Notes under the pieces: model-generated
What the model was told of the DNA's origin: nothing
The model's database searches: none
What the model saw: the letters and a program-made list of their open reading frames with translations, nothing else
In this document: positions 1 through 14,209 of the stretch, one piece after another
Numbering within the stretch: position 1 is the first letter of the stretch
Layout of the letters: the number at the start of each line of letters is the position of its first letter
Made by a program: the position numbers and the translations under genes
NCBI GenBank assembly: GCA_951406725.2
Contig: OX597823.1
Span: forward strand, 89,218,001 to 89,282,000
Source: Octopus vulgaris
Taxonomy: Eukaryota
Length of the DNA: 64,000 bases
Reading direction: 5' to 3'

Positions 1-858
1 AAACAGATCACAAGCCTCTACAACCACTGCTAAAGATGAATGTCTCGATGGGTTGACTCCAAGAATCCAGCGTTTCCGCATGCGCCTAATGAGATTCACC
101 TACGAGATCACACACAGTGCAGGGAAAAACCTCATTAGATCAGACACCCTATCCAGGGCTTCTGGCAGCATACCAACGAAACAGGAGACAGTAACAGACA
201 TGTTCATCCGTTCTCTCACAGACAGCATCTCCGCGAGTGACAAACGACTGGAGGAAATCAGGCAGAAACAAAGCACTGATAAAATCTATGGTCAAGTTAT
301 CAACTTCTACAAAATGGACCACTGGCTTGAAGCAGTCCCACAAGATCCGGAACTGAGACCCTACTGGTTTGTACGGCAGTACCTAACAGTTTCTAAGGGA
401 CTCTTATTGTATCAGAGTCGACTCCTCATCTCCGCAAACCTCCAAAAAGACATCTTAGATCGTCTACACGAAGGAAACCAAGGTATCGTCAAATGCCGAG
501 TACTGGTGCGAGATAATGTCTGGTGGCCAGGCTTTTCCAAGCAAATTGCTGAGAAGATAGGAGGGTGTGTTTTCTGCGGGAAGGAAAACAAATATCGACC
601 AGAATCCCTACGATCTATCAAGTTACCTGACTATCCATGGCAGAAGGTAGGAATGGACATGTTCAAATTGAAAGGACACAGATATCTCTTAGTCATTGAC
701 TACTATTCTAGATGGATAGAGATATCTCATCTACAGAACAATATCAGGCAGTATCGTTGACAACTGCAAATCAATATTTGTTACATATGGTATACCGGAG
801 GTTGTCAATTCCGATAATGGTCCTAAATTCATATCGAAGGAGTTCTTGGATTTTTCAA
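1..858 (+). mobile_element. Decayed Ty3/Gypsy LTR-retrotransposon pol fragment (RNase H end, integrase Zn-binding domain, start of integrase core)
   Basis: TDHKPL in frame 3 at 3-20. ORF 53-760 has RIQRFRMRL..GK.L..SDTLSR, LHEGNQGIVKC..VWWPG..C..C, PWQKVGMDMF and YLLVIDYYSRW. After a frameshift, CKSIFVTYGIPEVVNSDNGPKFISKEF (~764-846). Two frameshifts, truncated at ~860. Confidence 0.93.
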
Positions 859-910
859 TTTTTTTAAAAAATACCTTAGGAATGAGAACCCAGGTTCAAA
901 ATTTCCTCAA

Positions 911-956
911 GACACCTGGTGAAGGCTGGAGGGTATATCGGCCGAAACGTTGTGTT
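911..956 (+). ncRNA. Minimal type-I hammerhead ribozyme motif (Penelope-like element type), core CUGGUGA (A6G)
   Basis: gacac-CTGGTGA-a-ggctg[gagggtatat]cggcc-GAAA-cg-TT-gtgtt. Stem I gacac/gtgtt, stem II ggctg/cggcc, palindromic ACGU stem III. Lies in a ~190-bp repeat (~870-1050) ending in a TA run. Confidence 0.7.
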
Positions 957-1522
957 AACAACACACATGATGACGACAAATATCCTTCAATTGTAAATAA
1001 TGTAAATAATGTACATAATTCCTCATCTCTTAAATATAGAACTGTATATAGAGTCCCTTACAGATATTCATATATATATATACACACACACAGAGAGGGG
1101 GGAGATAAAATTTACTTGGAAATGGATGAGTGGCGTTCGATCGTATACTAATATAAATTATATATATATATATATATATGCATATATACAAATACACATG
1201 TCCCTGTTTATCTACTCCACGGGGACAACTGATGAAGGGAATGTTCTTTATGTTGCCTGTCTCGTTTCTCTATTTGTTTCTTTTGTTGTTCGAAAAAACG
1301 TTCGTTTTCCATGGTTTTGTTTTTATGATCTCGTTTCTCATTTTATTCGTGTTTTTTTATTTGACGTCCTGTACTCATATATGCATGTATAATTACATAT
1401 ATATGTAGGCATGTACATGTGTGTGTGTAGATATGCATATATATATTTATTATTTATTTTACATATACTTTATATATATAAATTATATATATATACTATA
1501 TATATTATATATATATACACTA

Positions 1523-1573
<51 letters not shown>

Positions 1574-2036
1574 TATCAATATTAACTCCTATATATAAAC
1601 CCCTAAACATGTATACATAAATATATATAAACAAACCAAAGGAATCATGAAGATAATTCGCATAAATGTAGATTCATTTTACGGGTTTACATACGTATAT
1701 GTGGGTATGTTGTGTTTGAGGACATGGGTGTGAGCGTGTGTGTACATTACAGCATGAAATTATACTTGTATTCTCCGTTACGTAATCAAACCAAAGAAAA
1801 CCAGCATCACTGCATAAAAAAGTCATTAAGGTGACATCGTAAACGCTTTGAGAATCGCAACTTAAAGATTGCATTAAAAAAATCATGAGCTTAAACAAGC
1901 TGAATATCATCATAACGAGACCAGCTTTGGCATAAAATTGTTACTCCAAACGAATGTTTAAAAAAAGTTCTACATATCTACAGGTTTATATATATATATA
2001 TATATATATGCATACCTATACATACATACACACACG

Positions 2037-2039
<3 letters not shown>

Positions 2040-2120
<81 letters not shown>
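2040..2120. repeat. (TA)n microsatellite within a compound TA/TATG/CA block (~1380-3240)
   Basis: Direct reading of the tandem units. Confidence 0.97.
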
Positions 2121-2128
<8 letters not shown>

Positions 2129-2354
2129 TATATATACATACATATTCACAGATATATATGTGTGTGCGTGAGTGTGCGTATGCGTGTACGTATGCATATA
2201 TGTAAATATATGTAAATATATATATATGTATGTAAGTATGTATATATGTATGTATGTATGCATTTAAATATGTATGAACACACATACATACACACACATG
2301 TAATCACATTTTGCAAACACGTAATGGCAGTGTAAATATACATATGCGGTGTAA

Positions 2355-2392
<38 letters not shown>

Positions 2393-2589
2393 ACGCGCAC
2401 ACTCATATGCATACATATATATATATGCAAGCGTACATGAATACGTACATAGACAAAAATTGACAGATAGACAGACAGACAGACAGAAAAGTAGATAGAT
2501 AGATACACAGAGATATTAATAGGCAATTATGTATGTAATGTATGTATGTAATGTATGTATTTATGTATGTATGTATGCATGTATGAATG

Positions 2590-2623
<34 letters not shown>

Positions 2624-3075
2624 TGTATGTATGTATGTATGTATGTATGTATGTTTGTATATCTGTAAATGAACAAGCTTTTATGTGTGTATATATGCAT
2701 TAACGCTGCTATACACTTAAGAATATTTAGAAAAAAAAACCTATTCGGACTGCAATAAAGATTACATAGCGATAGGGACTGCTGAAAAATTAACTTGTTA
2801 AATTTCCTCCTATTAGTGATGAAAAATCACTTACGTAAGTAATATATAACGAATCAACGAAGTCACACATAAACCGGCAAATAGATAGCATATTCTCTAA
2901 TCATTCACAAGAATAAGCATACAAATATATTTACATGTGTGTGTGTATGTGTGTGTGTATGTGTGTGTGTATGCGTGCGTACGTGCGTGCGAGTATTGGT
3001 GTGTTAGTGTGCGTGTGTGTATGTATTTCTTTAAATATACATGAATATATACGAAGAAATAGACATATATTCAAG

Positions 3076-3123
<48 letters not shown>

Positions 3124-3699
3124 AATGTGTATATATATATATATATATATATTATGTATATACCATGTATATATATAAATGTATATATATATATGTATAT
3201 CATGTGTTCACATATACACACACACATTTACATATACTTGAATAGAAGTGCATTTGTTTGAATATATACATGATTATTTAAAGAAATACACGTGGGTAAG
3301 GTGTGTGCATGTGTGTATCAGATCGTTTACATATACACCTATTCATACTATATACAACTCTATAAATATATGCATGTACCCACATATAAATATATATATT
3401 TACAATCATAACTACACTACGGAAATCTTTCATATGAAACTACTTAAAAATTGTCATGTTAACGTTATTACCGCTTTAAACTGGGTAAAAGCGTTGTAAA
3501 AGCCATTAATATTCTAAACAAAGTAAGAAACAGGAAAGGTTGCAAATATACGAGCAATTACAACATATATCCACTTCTGTAACTCTAATGCATAAATCTA
3601 TACTTCTGCAACAGTGCACAACAACGCACAAGTGCGCCTACATATATTTACACACACATGGACACACACAAACACACATATATAAACACATATAGCAAG

Positions 3700-3960
<261 letters not shown>

Positions 3961-4518
3961 ATAGGCGTATGTTAGTGTTTGAGAATGCATTTCAGCAGAA
4001 ATCAGCGCATATAAGTATGCACATACACAGATATACATATGGATATGAATGCATAAGATATATGATGGAATGAAAAGAGTAAATATTAAGGAAATAAAGA
4101 AATGTACAATGAGTATAGACGTATGTATGTAACACATGTAACTCCTCGAAATAGTTAATAATGAAATCCGGAAATAGAAAATAGAAAATAGGGTGGAAAT
4201 AGAATGGATGGAAATATTTAATGGTGTTGGTAGATTTAGACTATTAGGAATTAAGTAGAAAATAAAGAGGTTCCACTTAATAGATGTTGGATTGGTAAAG
4301 GAATGCATTGGATTCGGAATACAAGGATGTGGGCCAATTATCCTTAAAGTATAGATGTGTAATGTGAGTCGCAAATGTCCACACACACACACAAACATAC
4401 ACACATGCATACATATACACATTCCTATGTGATATATTCGTGTGTGTATGTTTGTATACAGTGAACGGTTATAAACTTAAAGTTTACAGTTCTTATTTAC
4501 AGTAACTATATATATATA

Positions 4519-4550
4519 CTAGCATACCAGTGTCGTCAAAAATGACGACA
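4519..4550 (-). mobile_element. Helitron-like 3' terminus (hairpin + CTAG)
   Basis: Minus strand: 8-bp perfect hairpin tgtcgtca-tttt-tgacgaca, 8 nt upstream of CTAG followed by T. Confidence 0.45.
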
Positions 4551-5589
4551 ATTTTATTAAAGATACAAAATGGCCCATCAACACAATGGGAGAAACCATA
4601 AATAAATGTCATCAATATGGTAAATATATGTTAATACCCAGAATTGATGCACTTGAAGAAGTAGACAGGCTTGTAAAGTCTTAGTTGAAAATATCGTCTA
4701 AATGGTATGTGTGTGTATATATATATGAGTGGTGTATGTGTATGTGTGTGTATTTGTGTGTGTATTTGTGAGTGTGAGAGAGTGCGTGTGTGTGTATGTA
4801 TGTATGTATGTATGTATGTATGTATGTATGTATATAAATGTGGACTTTTCAGGACATTTATAAAGAGAAAGTTAGTCTTATATCTGTTTCTGGGATATTA
4901 GGGATATCCCTGCATCGGAGACGAAGTGAGATGGTTTAATAGAGGGAAATATTAGAGTTCAAGGATCTTTTCCTTTTGAACGGCAGATCGAGAAGTTAAT
5001 TTTTTTGTAACTAAACACTTTCAAACTTCGGACACTGGTAGAATGTGTGATATAAAACATATTTTATTCTTAGTGTTGTTGAGAAAAGTTTATATTTTCA
5101 AAGTTATTTCTTGTTAAAGTAGTCGTATTTCGTTAATTTCAACCAATCAATCACGTTTATTCAGCTGTGGCCCAGGTCAATGAAGTAGTCTTTTTAATTA
5201 GATACAGGTGGATTGTTGTGGAATAGAGCATGCAACCTGGCACGGCGCACAGTGTTGGGTACCAGCTCGGTTTTGAAACACGTTACATTCCTTTTATCAA
5301 TCTCTTTTTGAATCTTGGGATGAGAGTTGTAATTTTGGTTCAATGTCACAAATTTTTACGGTGCAGTATGTTATATTGAGTTTCGTTTACCTGCGAGGTG
5401 AATAAGAAAACACAAAAGATTTTAATTCCAAATCTAAATTCTCCAACAAGAATCTCTTGATTGTGTTACACACTAGCCCGTACATATTAAATAGTGAAAT
5501 ATATGTTAACTACAGCAGCGTTGGATCCTTCTGTAGAAATCTGGATTTTTCTTTCAACCAGCCAAATCCAAAGAATATATTGTTTAAGT

Positions 5590-5786
5590 CAGTGGTTCCC
5601 AAACTTTTTAGAGTCGCGACCCACTATTTATCACACCAGTTTATGACGACCCACTCAACTCTACTGAGTATCTCGATAGACAGCAGTTAATCAAAGCTAA
5701 TGCGTAATTTTATAACGTTTTGCGACCCACTAAGATTCCGTTCGCGACCCATCTGAGGGTCGCGACTCACAGTTTGGGAACCACTG
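5590..5786. mobile_element. hAT-superfamily (Charlie/MER5-like) MITE, 197 bp
   Basis: 16-bp perfect TIRs CAGTGGTTCCCAAACT / AGTTTGGGAACCACTG. Perfect 8-bp TSD GTTTAAGT at 5582-5589 and 5787-5794. Repeated subterminal GCGACCC motifs. Confidence 0.93.
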
Positions 5787-6496
5787 GTTTAAGTTACTAC
5801 TATGTTTTTCATATTGAGGTATAATTGTTTAGTAGTTGTTTTGTTTTTTCTTGTTTTGGTTTGTTTGATTTTGTTTGTTTTAAATGATGCTTAGTTTACC
5901 TTAATTGGTAAAGTATGTTAATAAGATATTGTAATTATATAGAATATATATTTGTGGCAGAAAATGTTCCTGGAAGACATCCACTAACCAACGGTAATGA
6001 CATTATAGGTACCAACTATATTAAGTTTGATACAATAATTGCCAAGTCTTTACATGTCAACAAAGACATACAGACAGAAAAAGAGAGGGAGACAAAAGAG
6101 AGAGGCAGAGACTATCTGTGTGGGTTGAATAAGTGAGTGTAGGCGTATATATGTGAATATGAACATGTGTGCGTTTGTGAGGATATGAATGAGTAGGGTT
6201 TCAATCAGCAAGTCATTGTTAGAGTCTAACAGGTACAAGTGTGTTCAAGTATGTATGCATGCAAATGTATTGTATTTATAAGTGTGTTTGTGTGTGTGTG
6301 TATGTGGGTGCGTGCGTACGCACTTGTGTGCGCGTGTGTGTATATGTGTAGAATTTATTCTCTTCGTGTGTGTCTATGCTCGTTTGTGGAAGTGTGCGAC
6401 GAAGAGTGTATCATAATAATAATACGTGGCCGAAGCAAAATAAATATGTTTATAAATGTGTGTGTGTGTGAGTGTGTGGGTATGTGTGTGTGTGTT

Positions 6497-6537
<41 letters not shown>

Positions 6538-8014
6538 GTGTGTTTGTGTACGGCCTAGTGTGTTTGCGAATATATGTGTAGGACTTATTCTATGAGTATG
6601 CTTTGGTGGGGAGGGTTGCTCGCACGTAGAAGCGTGCATCGCAGAGAGTATCATTAATAATTATACGTGGCCGAAGCAAAATGAGAATTTGATAATTATA
6701 TTAGATACATATAACAATCGATAGTGAATAGTAATTATTAGTAATATCTAAGAGCAGGCAGTAATTAGGAAGTGTAAACATATATATGTATGATTATGTG
6801 CTGTATGAGTGTTTCTTGTGTGGGGGTGTGGATGTGGATGTGAGAATGCTCCCATACACGCTCTGACATACATAAACACTCAAGCAAAGAAACAGACAAA
6901 GTGTATTCATATTATGGCCTACTTACATTTTATGCACTCATTAAAAAATGCACACATATAGAGAAGATGATGCCTCTAGTACTTCTCGCCGTCTCTCTCT
7001 CTTGCTCTCTCTCTCTCTCTCTTACTCTCTCTCCCTTGCCCTCCCTCTCTCTCTCCGTTGCTCTTGAGTTCTTGAGTTCTTACGCACATTAGTCCCACAC
7101 ATCGACAAACAATCCTAAACGTCATCATACTCAGCACACACCTACTACATACACACATAATACGCGCACTCATATATACTTCAATAGAAACACCCACAAA
7201 CGTAAACACAAACAATGAGACAAATACATACATCATCAAAATACGCGGCAAAATGTGCAATTAGATACAGATTGGAAACAGTCCAAGTAAAGTGAGTAAT
7301 TTGATGACAAAATGAGAAAAATATCAATAAGAATAATTTCCAAAATTGGCGTACGGCCACAAACTTGTAGGGAAGGTGTCTACAGTTGATTCAAGTGAAG
7401 TTGATATAATATCTACTAGTAAGGTAACTGGTACTTATTGCAACAGTATAAATTACACATATAGCCCTGTCAGCTTAGGTGGGGGTTTGAACTCAAATCA
7501 CTTTAATGATTATACTAATTATACAAATAAAGATTTCGTATATAGGTATAATGACAGCAGTTAGCCGGGAAAAGCAATGTCGACTGTATCAGCAAGGGTT
7601 TTGTTTCGTCGGTCCCGTTGAACATGATAAAGAGCAAAAGCAATTGCAGAAAGATATTTTCTCCGACGCCCTCGCTTTTGTATTCTTTTAATCGTAATAA
7701 GTATACAAGTTTCCTATTTGTTTACACATTTATTTGCATTTCTATCGAACTCTGAAGGGATCTTTGAGCTACAGGGATTAGATAGTGCAGTTTGCTTCTC
7801 TGCTTTCACAGGTGTTTCGGGCCGGTCTTATTGCCCCATCTGACCAAAGCAACTTTTGACCGTCTCGTCGTTTTCGTTCTTAGGCAGTTGAGTTCCTTTC
7901 ATTGAATACATGGTGCTTCTGAGCCAGAATATTGGCCTTCAGTTGGGAGGAATCCTATATCGATTGGAGGTGTTGAAAGATGTTCTAACAATTCTATCAG
8001 TCACTAAGAGTAAT

Positions 8015-9110
8015 AATTGATTCTAATATAAATATAAGGTCACAAACAATGTAAGGGGGGTTAGTTGATTGAATCTACGCTAATACTTTGCTTGCACTTT
8101 GCTTTATCGACCCCGTAAAGATAAAAGGTAGAGCATACTGAGCAGAATTTGAACTCATAACGTAAAGAGGTGTAATTAAATACATGAAGGCTTTTTATCA
8201 GAGGCACAGAAATTTTCTGATATTAGCAAAAAGCCTCAATAATTGACTTGTATTTCATTTCATTGCTAGCTTCAGCGGAATTTGAAATCAGAATGTAAGA
8301 AGCAAGAATGGATAACGCAAAGCATTAAGTGCTACGTTCAACCGTTTCTGCGAAACGACCACCAACATCTCCATATAATAAAGACCAATATAAATGTTGG
8401 TTGGCTGATTCATTCATTTCTTCAGTCACGCTTCCGTTGTATAGAGGGGTAAAAGAGATAAGGTAAAAGACACATATAGAGTTGACATAAGAAATGCAGA
8501 ATGAGTGCTCATACTTGGCTTGGTGGCAATAAGCAAAAGAACGTTAATACACGCGCGAGCACAACGCAAAGGAAAGTTTCATAAAGAGAGAAGAGGAAGA
8601 GGAATAATACTTTTAGCACAAGGCTAGAGATTTTAGAGGGAGGGCTTCAGTTAATTATACTGTCCCCAGTATTCGAGTGATCCCGAAAGAGCGAAAGGCA
8701 AGGTTGACATTGGCGGGAGTTGCATTCAGAATGTAAAGACCCGAAAAGAAATAATGCAAAGTTTCTTTTTTTTTTTTCTTTTTGAGTTCTAATAATTGTG
8801 CCAACTCACCAATCCCGAAGAAATGAAAGGCAAAGTTGACCTTGGCTGAATTTAAACTCTGCACGGATAGAACCGGAACAAATACTGCAAGGCATTTTAA
8901 ACCGACGCTTAAATGATTCTGTCGATCTATTGACGTAAATATAATATTGATTTCTAATCAGGACAGGAAGTCATAAATTTCAATGGAGGGGAGAAAATCG
9001 ATAACAATCTTCCTGATCACTTTACTCGAACATATTTTATCGATCTTGGTAGGATGAAAGGCAAATTTGACATCGAAGTAATTTGACCTCAGGAAGTGAA
9101 GGGAGGTAAC
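8015..9110 (-). mobile_element. Cluster of ~4-5 degenerate copies of SINE family 1
   Basis: Repeated matches to the reverse complement of family-1 motifs (ttatcgacccc..aaggcaaagtcgacc..gaatttgaactcagaacgtaaag). Confidence 0.75.
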
Positions 9111-9239
9111 TAAAAACAGTAAAGTAGCTGTAATGCAAACAATCACGTCATCATCACAATAATCATCATTCTCATCATTTGAATAAGTATTTGCGTCATT
9201 ATCAGTGACGATTAGGAGGAAGTGAGGAAGGAAGTGAGT

Positions 9240-9573
9240 TGGATGATGGTAATGATAATAATCATGGTGATGAGGATGATAACGATGACGACGACGCCGA
9301 TGACAATGAAGATGATTATAATGATGGTGACGATGATGACGACGATGACAGCCACGTCGACGATGACGACGGCGGTGATAATAACGAGCGTGGTGACAAC
9401 GATGATGATGATAGTGATGACGATGACGACAACGACGACGACAACGACGACGACTATAATGGCGATGAAGATAATGATAATGATGATCATGACGAACATG
9501 ATGATCACCGCCAAGTCGCGGACGACGGGGGCGACGAGAACTAAACGATGTTGATGATGATGATGATGATGAA

Positions 9574-9644
<71 letters not shown>

Positions 9645-9708
9645 CGATGATGATGACGATGATGATGACGATGATGATGACGACGATGATGACGACGATG
9701 ATGATGAC

Positions 9709-9748
<40 letters not shown>

Positions 9749-9923
9749 GTGTTGATGATGACGATGATGATGATGACGATGATGATGAGACGATGATGAT
9801 AACGATGATGATGATGATGATGATGACGATGATGACGATGATGATGATAATGATGATGATGATGATGATAATGATGTGGTGGTGGTTGTTGTGGTGGTTG
9901 GTATGGTGGTGGTGGTTGTGTTG

Positions 9924-9955
<32 letters not shown>

Positions 9956-9962
9956 GATGGTA
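9240..9962. repeat. Degenerate and pure (GAT/GAC)n trinucleotide array followed by (GGT/GTT)n
   Basis: Direct reading; gives poly-D/M/I/H pseudo-ORFs in all frames. Confidence 0.95.
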
Positions 9963-10875
9963 ATGCAGATGATATTAAGTATAATGTTACTTGTTCAGTG
10001 CCTAAACAAAGCAGAATTATATATTCAAGTGTCCCAGTGTTCACCGACAGTTTCCCCGCAACACTACCTTCGAGGATACTATTGTCTACTGAATCCTTCA
10101 TATTTTAAGAAGGTAGAGTCAAGAAATTTGGCCGTAATATTTATTTCAGAAGATTAACTACCATCATGTAAAGGTGCCACTGAATTGGGAACAATTAGAG
10201 GAATTGGGTAAAGGTACACCATACAGCAAGAATGGAAGAAAAAATACCACGTACTGGTACCATAAAAAAAGGCACCATGTAAAATCATTGCTGAAAATAA
10301 TGATGACGTAACATCTGGAATAAAATGGCATTCTCTTTTCCTTGCGAAAAGAACAATCCCGTCTCCTATCTATATCTTTCTCTGTTTTTCTGTCAGGTTT
10401 GCTGATACATGGAAGTAACACAATGGTTAGGTATTACTGTGAATGCAATAAATCAAATAAAGATAGAAAAATATCTATTTTACGCATCGGATTTATGTGT
10501 ATTCGCTTCAGCTTCTTAAACAGTGAAAAGGAAATTGAAAAACAATTTCATTTTGTTTGAAAGAATCAAAACGTGAAGAGAATCAGACATTATTTGCATC
10601 TATTATAAGAAGAACAATAAATATAGAATGTAGTATGTAACAGAAATATCTTGGGATTTTCATATAACTATATATATGTGTGTGCGCATGTGTGTGTGTG
10701 TGTCTGTATACACTTATCTATATATATGAATTATGTGTATATGCTTGCATGAATACGTGTATATATAAATATGGAGAGAGTGAGAGAGAGTGAGTGACAA
10801 AAAGGTAGGAATTGAAAGAGAAAGAGAAGAGTAACAAATGTATTCAAATATTTGTGCGTAGATCCGTGTGTGTGC

Positions 10876-10938
<63 letters not shown>

Positions 10939-11115
10939 CGCACGCGCGTGTGTGTAGCTGTATATATGTATTTATACACTGATCAACTCATCAGCGGATT
11001 TTATCCGAGAAACTTTGAACAGTACCAGAAAGTAATCCCAGTGCCTCACACGCACACACACACACACACACACGCACACACATACAAACACACAGACACA
11101 AACACACACAAACAC

Positions 11116-11228
<113 letters not shown>

Positions 11229-11639
11229 CTCAGTATTTGTGTCACTAAATCAGCGGTCTGTGTAACAATCTCAGATAATGATTAAAGACTGTTAAATATT
11301 TTACAATCATGCTGTGCTGTCTTAACTTTCATTTAGGAAAGGCTGATAGCGTAGAGAACTCTGTAGGATTAGAAATGAGAAAATAATGTGCAGCCTCAAT
11401 AAAATTTATATACGTATTCTCTTTGGTGTGAATCGTTCTATTTTTTGTACCTGATTGAATACTAAAAATCTCCGCTGCAATTCCAATACATACATGATTG
11501 CACATATATATGTATGTGCGTGTATGTGGGGTGTTGTAGGCAAACGCACACATACACACACACACATATATAGTTGCTGTTATTCATATTTTTATTTCCA
11601 TGTTTTATTTACTACCGTGATCTTGAAAACAGTTTTATT

Positions 11640-11925
11640 GAATCGTGTAAAATGTATAAAAGAGTTGAAAATAAACGTAATAAATATCACGCTGTTGAGT
11701 TGCTTAAAGAGAAGCGAATGCTTGAATGTTTGAATTTTACGTTGGAAATGTCTTCAAATTTCAATATTTTGTCAACTTCTCGACTCACATCCGTAATTTG
11801 ATCAGACAACTTGTGAAATGACGTGGAGCCTACTGACATGCATTTGTCCTCTAAAAGTCTGATAGTTTTACTAAAAAATATGTCTGTCAAATTTGTTCTT
11901 GGTGGGTGTCATAGATTTTGACAAG
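11640..11925 (+). mobile_element. Highly decayed mariner transposase fragment
   Basis: KYVCQICSWWVS*ILT at ~11876-11923 resembles the mariner KVCARWVPRxLT motif. No intact ORF. Confidence 0.4.
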
Positions 11926-12879
11926 GTGTTAACTGTGATATAGTTCAAATATAAGTGTCCCATCTTCCACCAAAATACACTTGTCACTTTGCTAATTCCT
12001 TTCAACTAAGACATCAATGCGTCTCTCCTCCTGTCTCTTTTTTTTTTGTTATTAGATTAATTTTATGTTTGTATAGATTAGGATTAGTTTCATTTTCTTT
12101 GCTTCTATATTATGGGAAAATATATCGAGTGAGGATTTATTGACATTATAAACGAATAGATTTGAGGTTTGTATTCTTTAAGGTGGTATTCTAATTATAG
12201 TTGCTGTTGTTTCCCAGTTTCTTCAGATGACGATTATAGCCTCAATTCACCTCTTATTGAATCGACTTATGATAAAAACAAAACACATACAGTGTCCACA
12301 AACTTTATAATTTATGTATATACTTTTACACGCACGTATATCTAATTACACTATCAATGAGTTTTTTTTATTTTATTTTTGAAATTTTTGAAATAGCAGC
12401 GTGTACTTTGAGTTGATAAATGGCTGTTATTCCTACGAGGTCAAACGGTCTCTTAGAAATTCTTTCGTTGGTTCCTAATCAATGTATCAATGTATGTTAT
12501 CAAGGTTATAATTTGTATGCTCAACTTCTTGCTCTGGTTTATTTGTTTACGAGTCATCAGACATGTTCATTAAATTGATTAAGTTCGTTTTTTTTTTTAA
12601 TGATTTTTAATGATATCGACCTGAATTTAATAATTGATATCTTTAGACTAAATCAATGTACAGGAGGGGAAATGGCTAACCGAATCGATCCGACTCTATT
12701 AATGCTATTTACTTTATCGACCTTATTTTAAGATGAATGGTAAATTTGATCCTTCTGTGATTTGAAGTTTACTAATGAATACAACTAAAAAATTTATAAC
12801 TTATAATCCAATCAATCTTCCATCGTGTCTGTTGATTAAACACTTTAACATTTTATACTGCTGAATGTCAAAATCTTTG

Positions 12880-13320
12880 TTTTCTGAGTGTATGTGGGAA
12901 CCATATCAATCTGCTCAATCTGCTAAAAATAACAGCTAAATCCCCCTTGGATCATACTGCAGATGTCTTTAAAACAACTTGCTCATAAAAAATTTAGGGC
13001 GGTCACAGTTGGAATATATTTGATCTTATAATTTATTTGCTCGATCACGGTTGATTTGGCACTAAAAGCAACAAGAACAACTACTAGAACACAATAATTC
13101 AAAATATTCAAATACCTCTACTAGCGCAATTGTTAACGTGTCTCTGTGCACATGATCGACTAGATGAAAATAGCAGATAAATTCCCCTTAAAATCAAGCA
13201 GCACTAGACAAAAAAGTGAAGATCAAATATGATAGTCCTAAATACGCCCAAAAATTCGGGAGGATCACAGTCAGCATTGCTTTGAACCACATATCCAGTC
13301 AATGGCAGTCGACAACAACA
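12880..13320 (-). repeat. Two copies of an old unclassified interspersed repeat (family 4)
   Basis: Shared motif (+ sense) gatttggctgctatttctagcaggtcga..., also recognisable at ~12200-12480, 14430-14520, 16990-17180, 18200-18390, 20520-20670, 31560-31800, 32190-32390, 33420-33580, 36170-36260, 37810-37960, 39560-39730 and 51340-51460. Confidence 0.65.
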
Positions 13321-13489
13321 TACATGCCACACTCACACACATACAGACATATATACATACATACATAAATTCTTAGTTTTCACTTGCAAAATAATAACCT
13401 TCCGTAAAATATTATTTTCTAGATACGTTAATTAGTTTTTTCGTGTTTCCGTGCCAAATACATGTTACAAATCAGCTCCTTGCATGTAA

Positions 13490-13700
13490 GGCGGCGAGCT
13501 GGCAGAAACGTTAGCACGCCGGCCGAAATGCTTAGCTGTATTTCGTCTGTCTTTATATTCTGAGTTCAAATACCGCCGTGGTCAACTTTGCCTTTCATCT
13601 TTTCTGGGAGATTTATTAAGTACCAGTTGTGTAATGGGTAGATCTAATTGACTAGCCCGCTTCCTCAAAATTTTGGGCATTGTGCCAAGTGTAGAAAAAA
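13490..13700 (+). mobile_element. SINE family 1, full-length copy (tRNA-like head, conserved central domain)
   Basis: ggcggcgagctggcagaaacgttagc (A-box-like), gagttcaaatacc (B-box-like), central ctttgcctttcatc..aagtaccag, A-rich tail. More than 20 copies in the window. Confidence 0.85.
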
Positions 13701-14065
13701 AAACTGCTTTCGTGTGCCTACTTGCATATTTTGTTCTAACTGTCTATGGCGTTGTACGTAACAGCTCAAATTTTAATTCGAATTTTCTATAAAGAAGCGG
13801 ATAATTCCGAAGTAATTTCAGTATTGTATCTCTTGATGTACACGCTGCTGATAATAGGCAACAAGTATGAAATGCATTCACCGCTTGCGCCAATGTACGC
13901 CTTGAAATGATTTACTATTTTTTAATGCCCACTGCCTAAGCCGAGAATTCTTCTCAACGTCAAACAGCAGTGAATACAGCATTTTTACAGGTCAAACACG
14001 CTCAGCCATATTTGAACTGATTTAAATATAGTCATATACATATATATATACACACACACACACAC

Positions 14066-14120
<55 letters not shown>

Positions 14121-14209
14121 ATTATATTCGGGAGTAATTAGGAGTAAACTTACAGGGAAAAATTAGATTTAGATTAAATCTAATTTTACAGTATAAATAT
14201 ATATATTTA

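Noticed and set aside
53-760. ORF as an intact or domesticated integrase gene
   Set aside because: Frameshifts on both sides, HHCC second His replaced by Asn, and the catalytic core is truncated.
4950-5170. Possible DNA-transposon end
   Set aside because: Looks repeat-like, but no matching TIR or TSD was found in the window.
7800-7975. Strong plus-strand splice acceptor (ctctgctttcacag) suggesting a coding exon
   Set aside because: All three frames stop within ~95 nt and no convincing donor follows.
9239-9544. Asp-rich ORF resembling acidic biomineralisation proteins
   Set aside because: Non-ATG start, no signal peptide, and continuous with a pure (GAT)n array that is open in several frames; best explained as a degenerate microsatellite.
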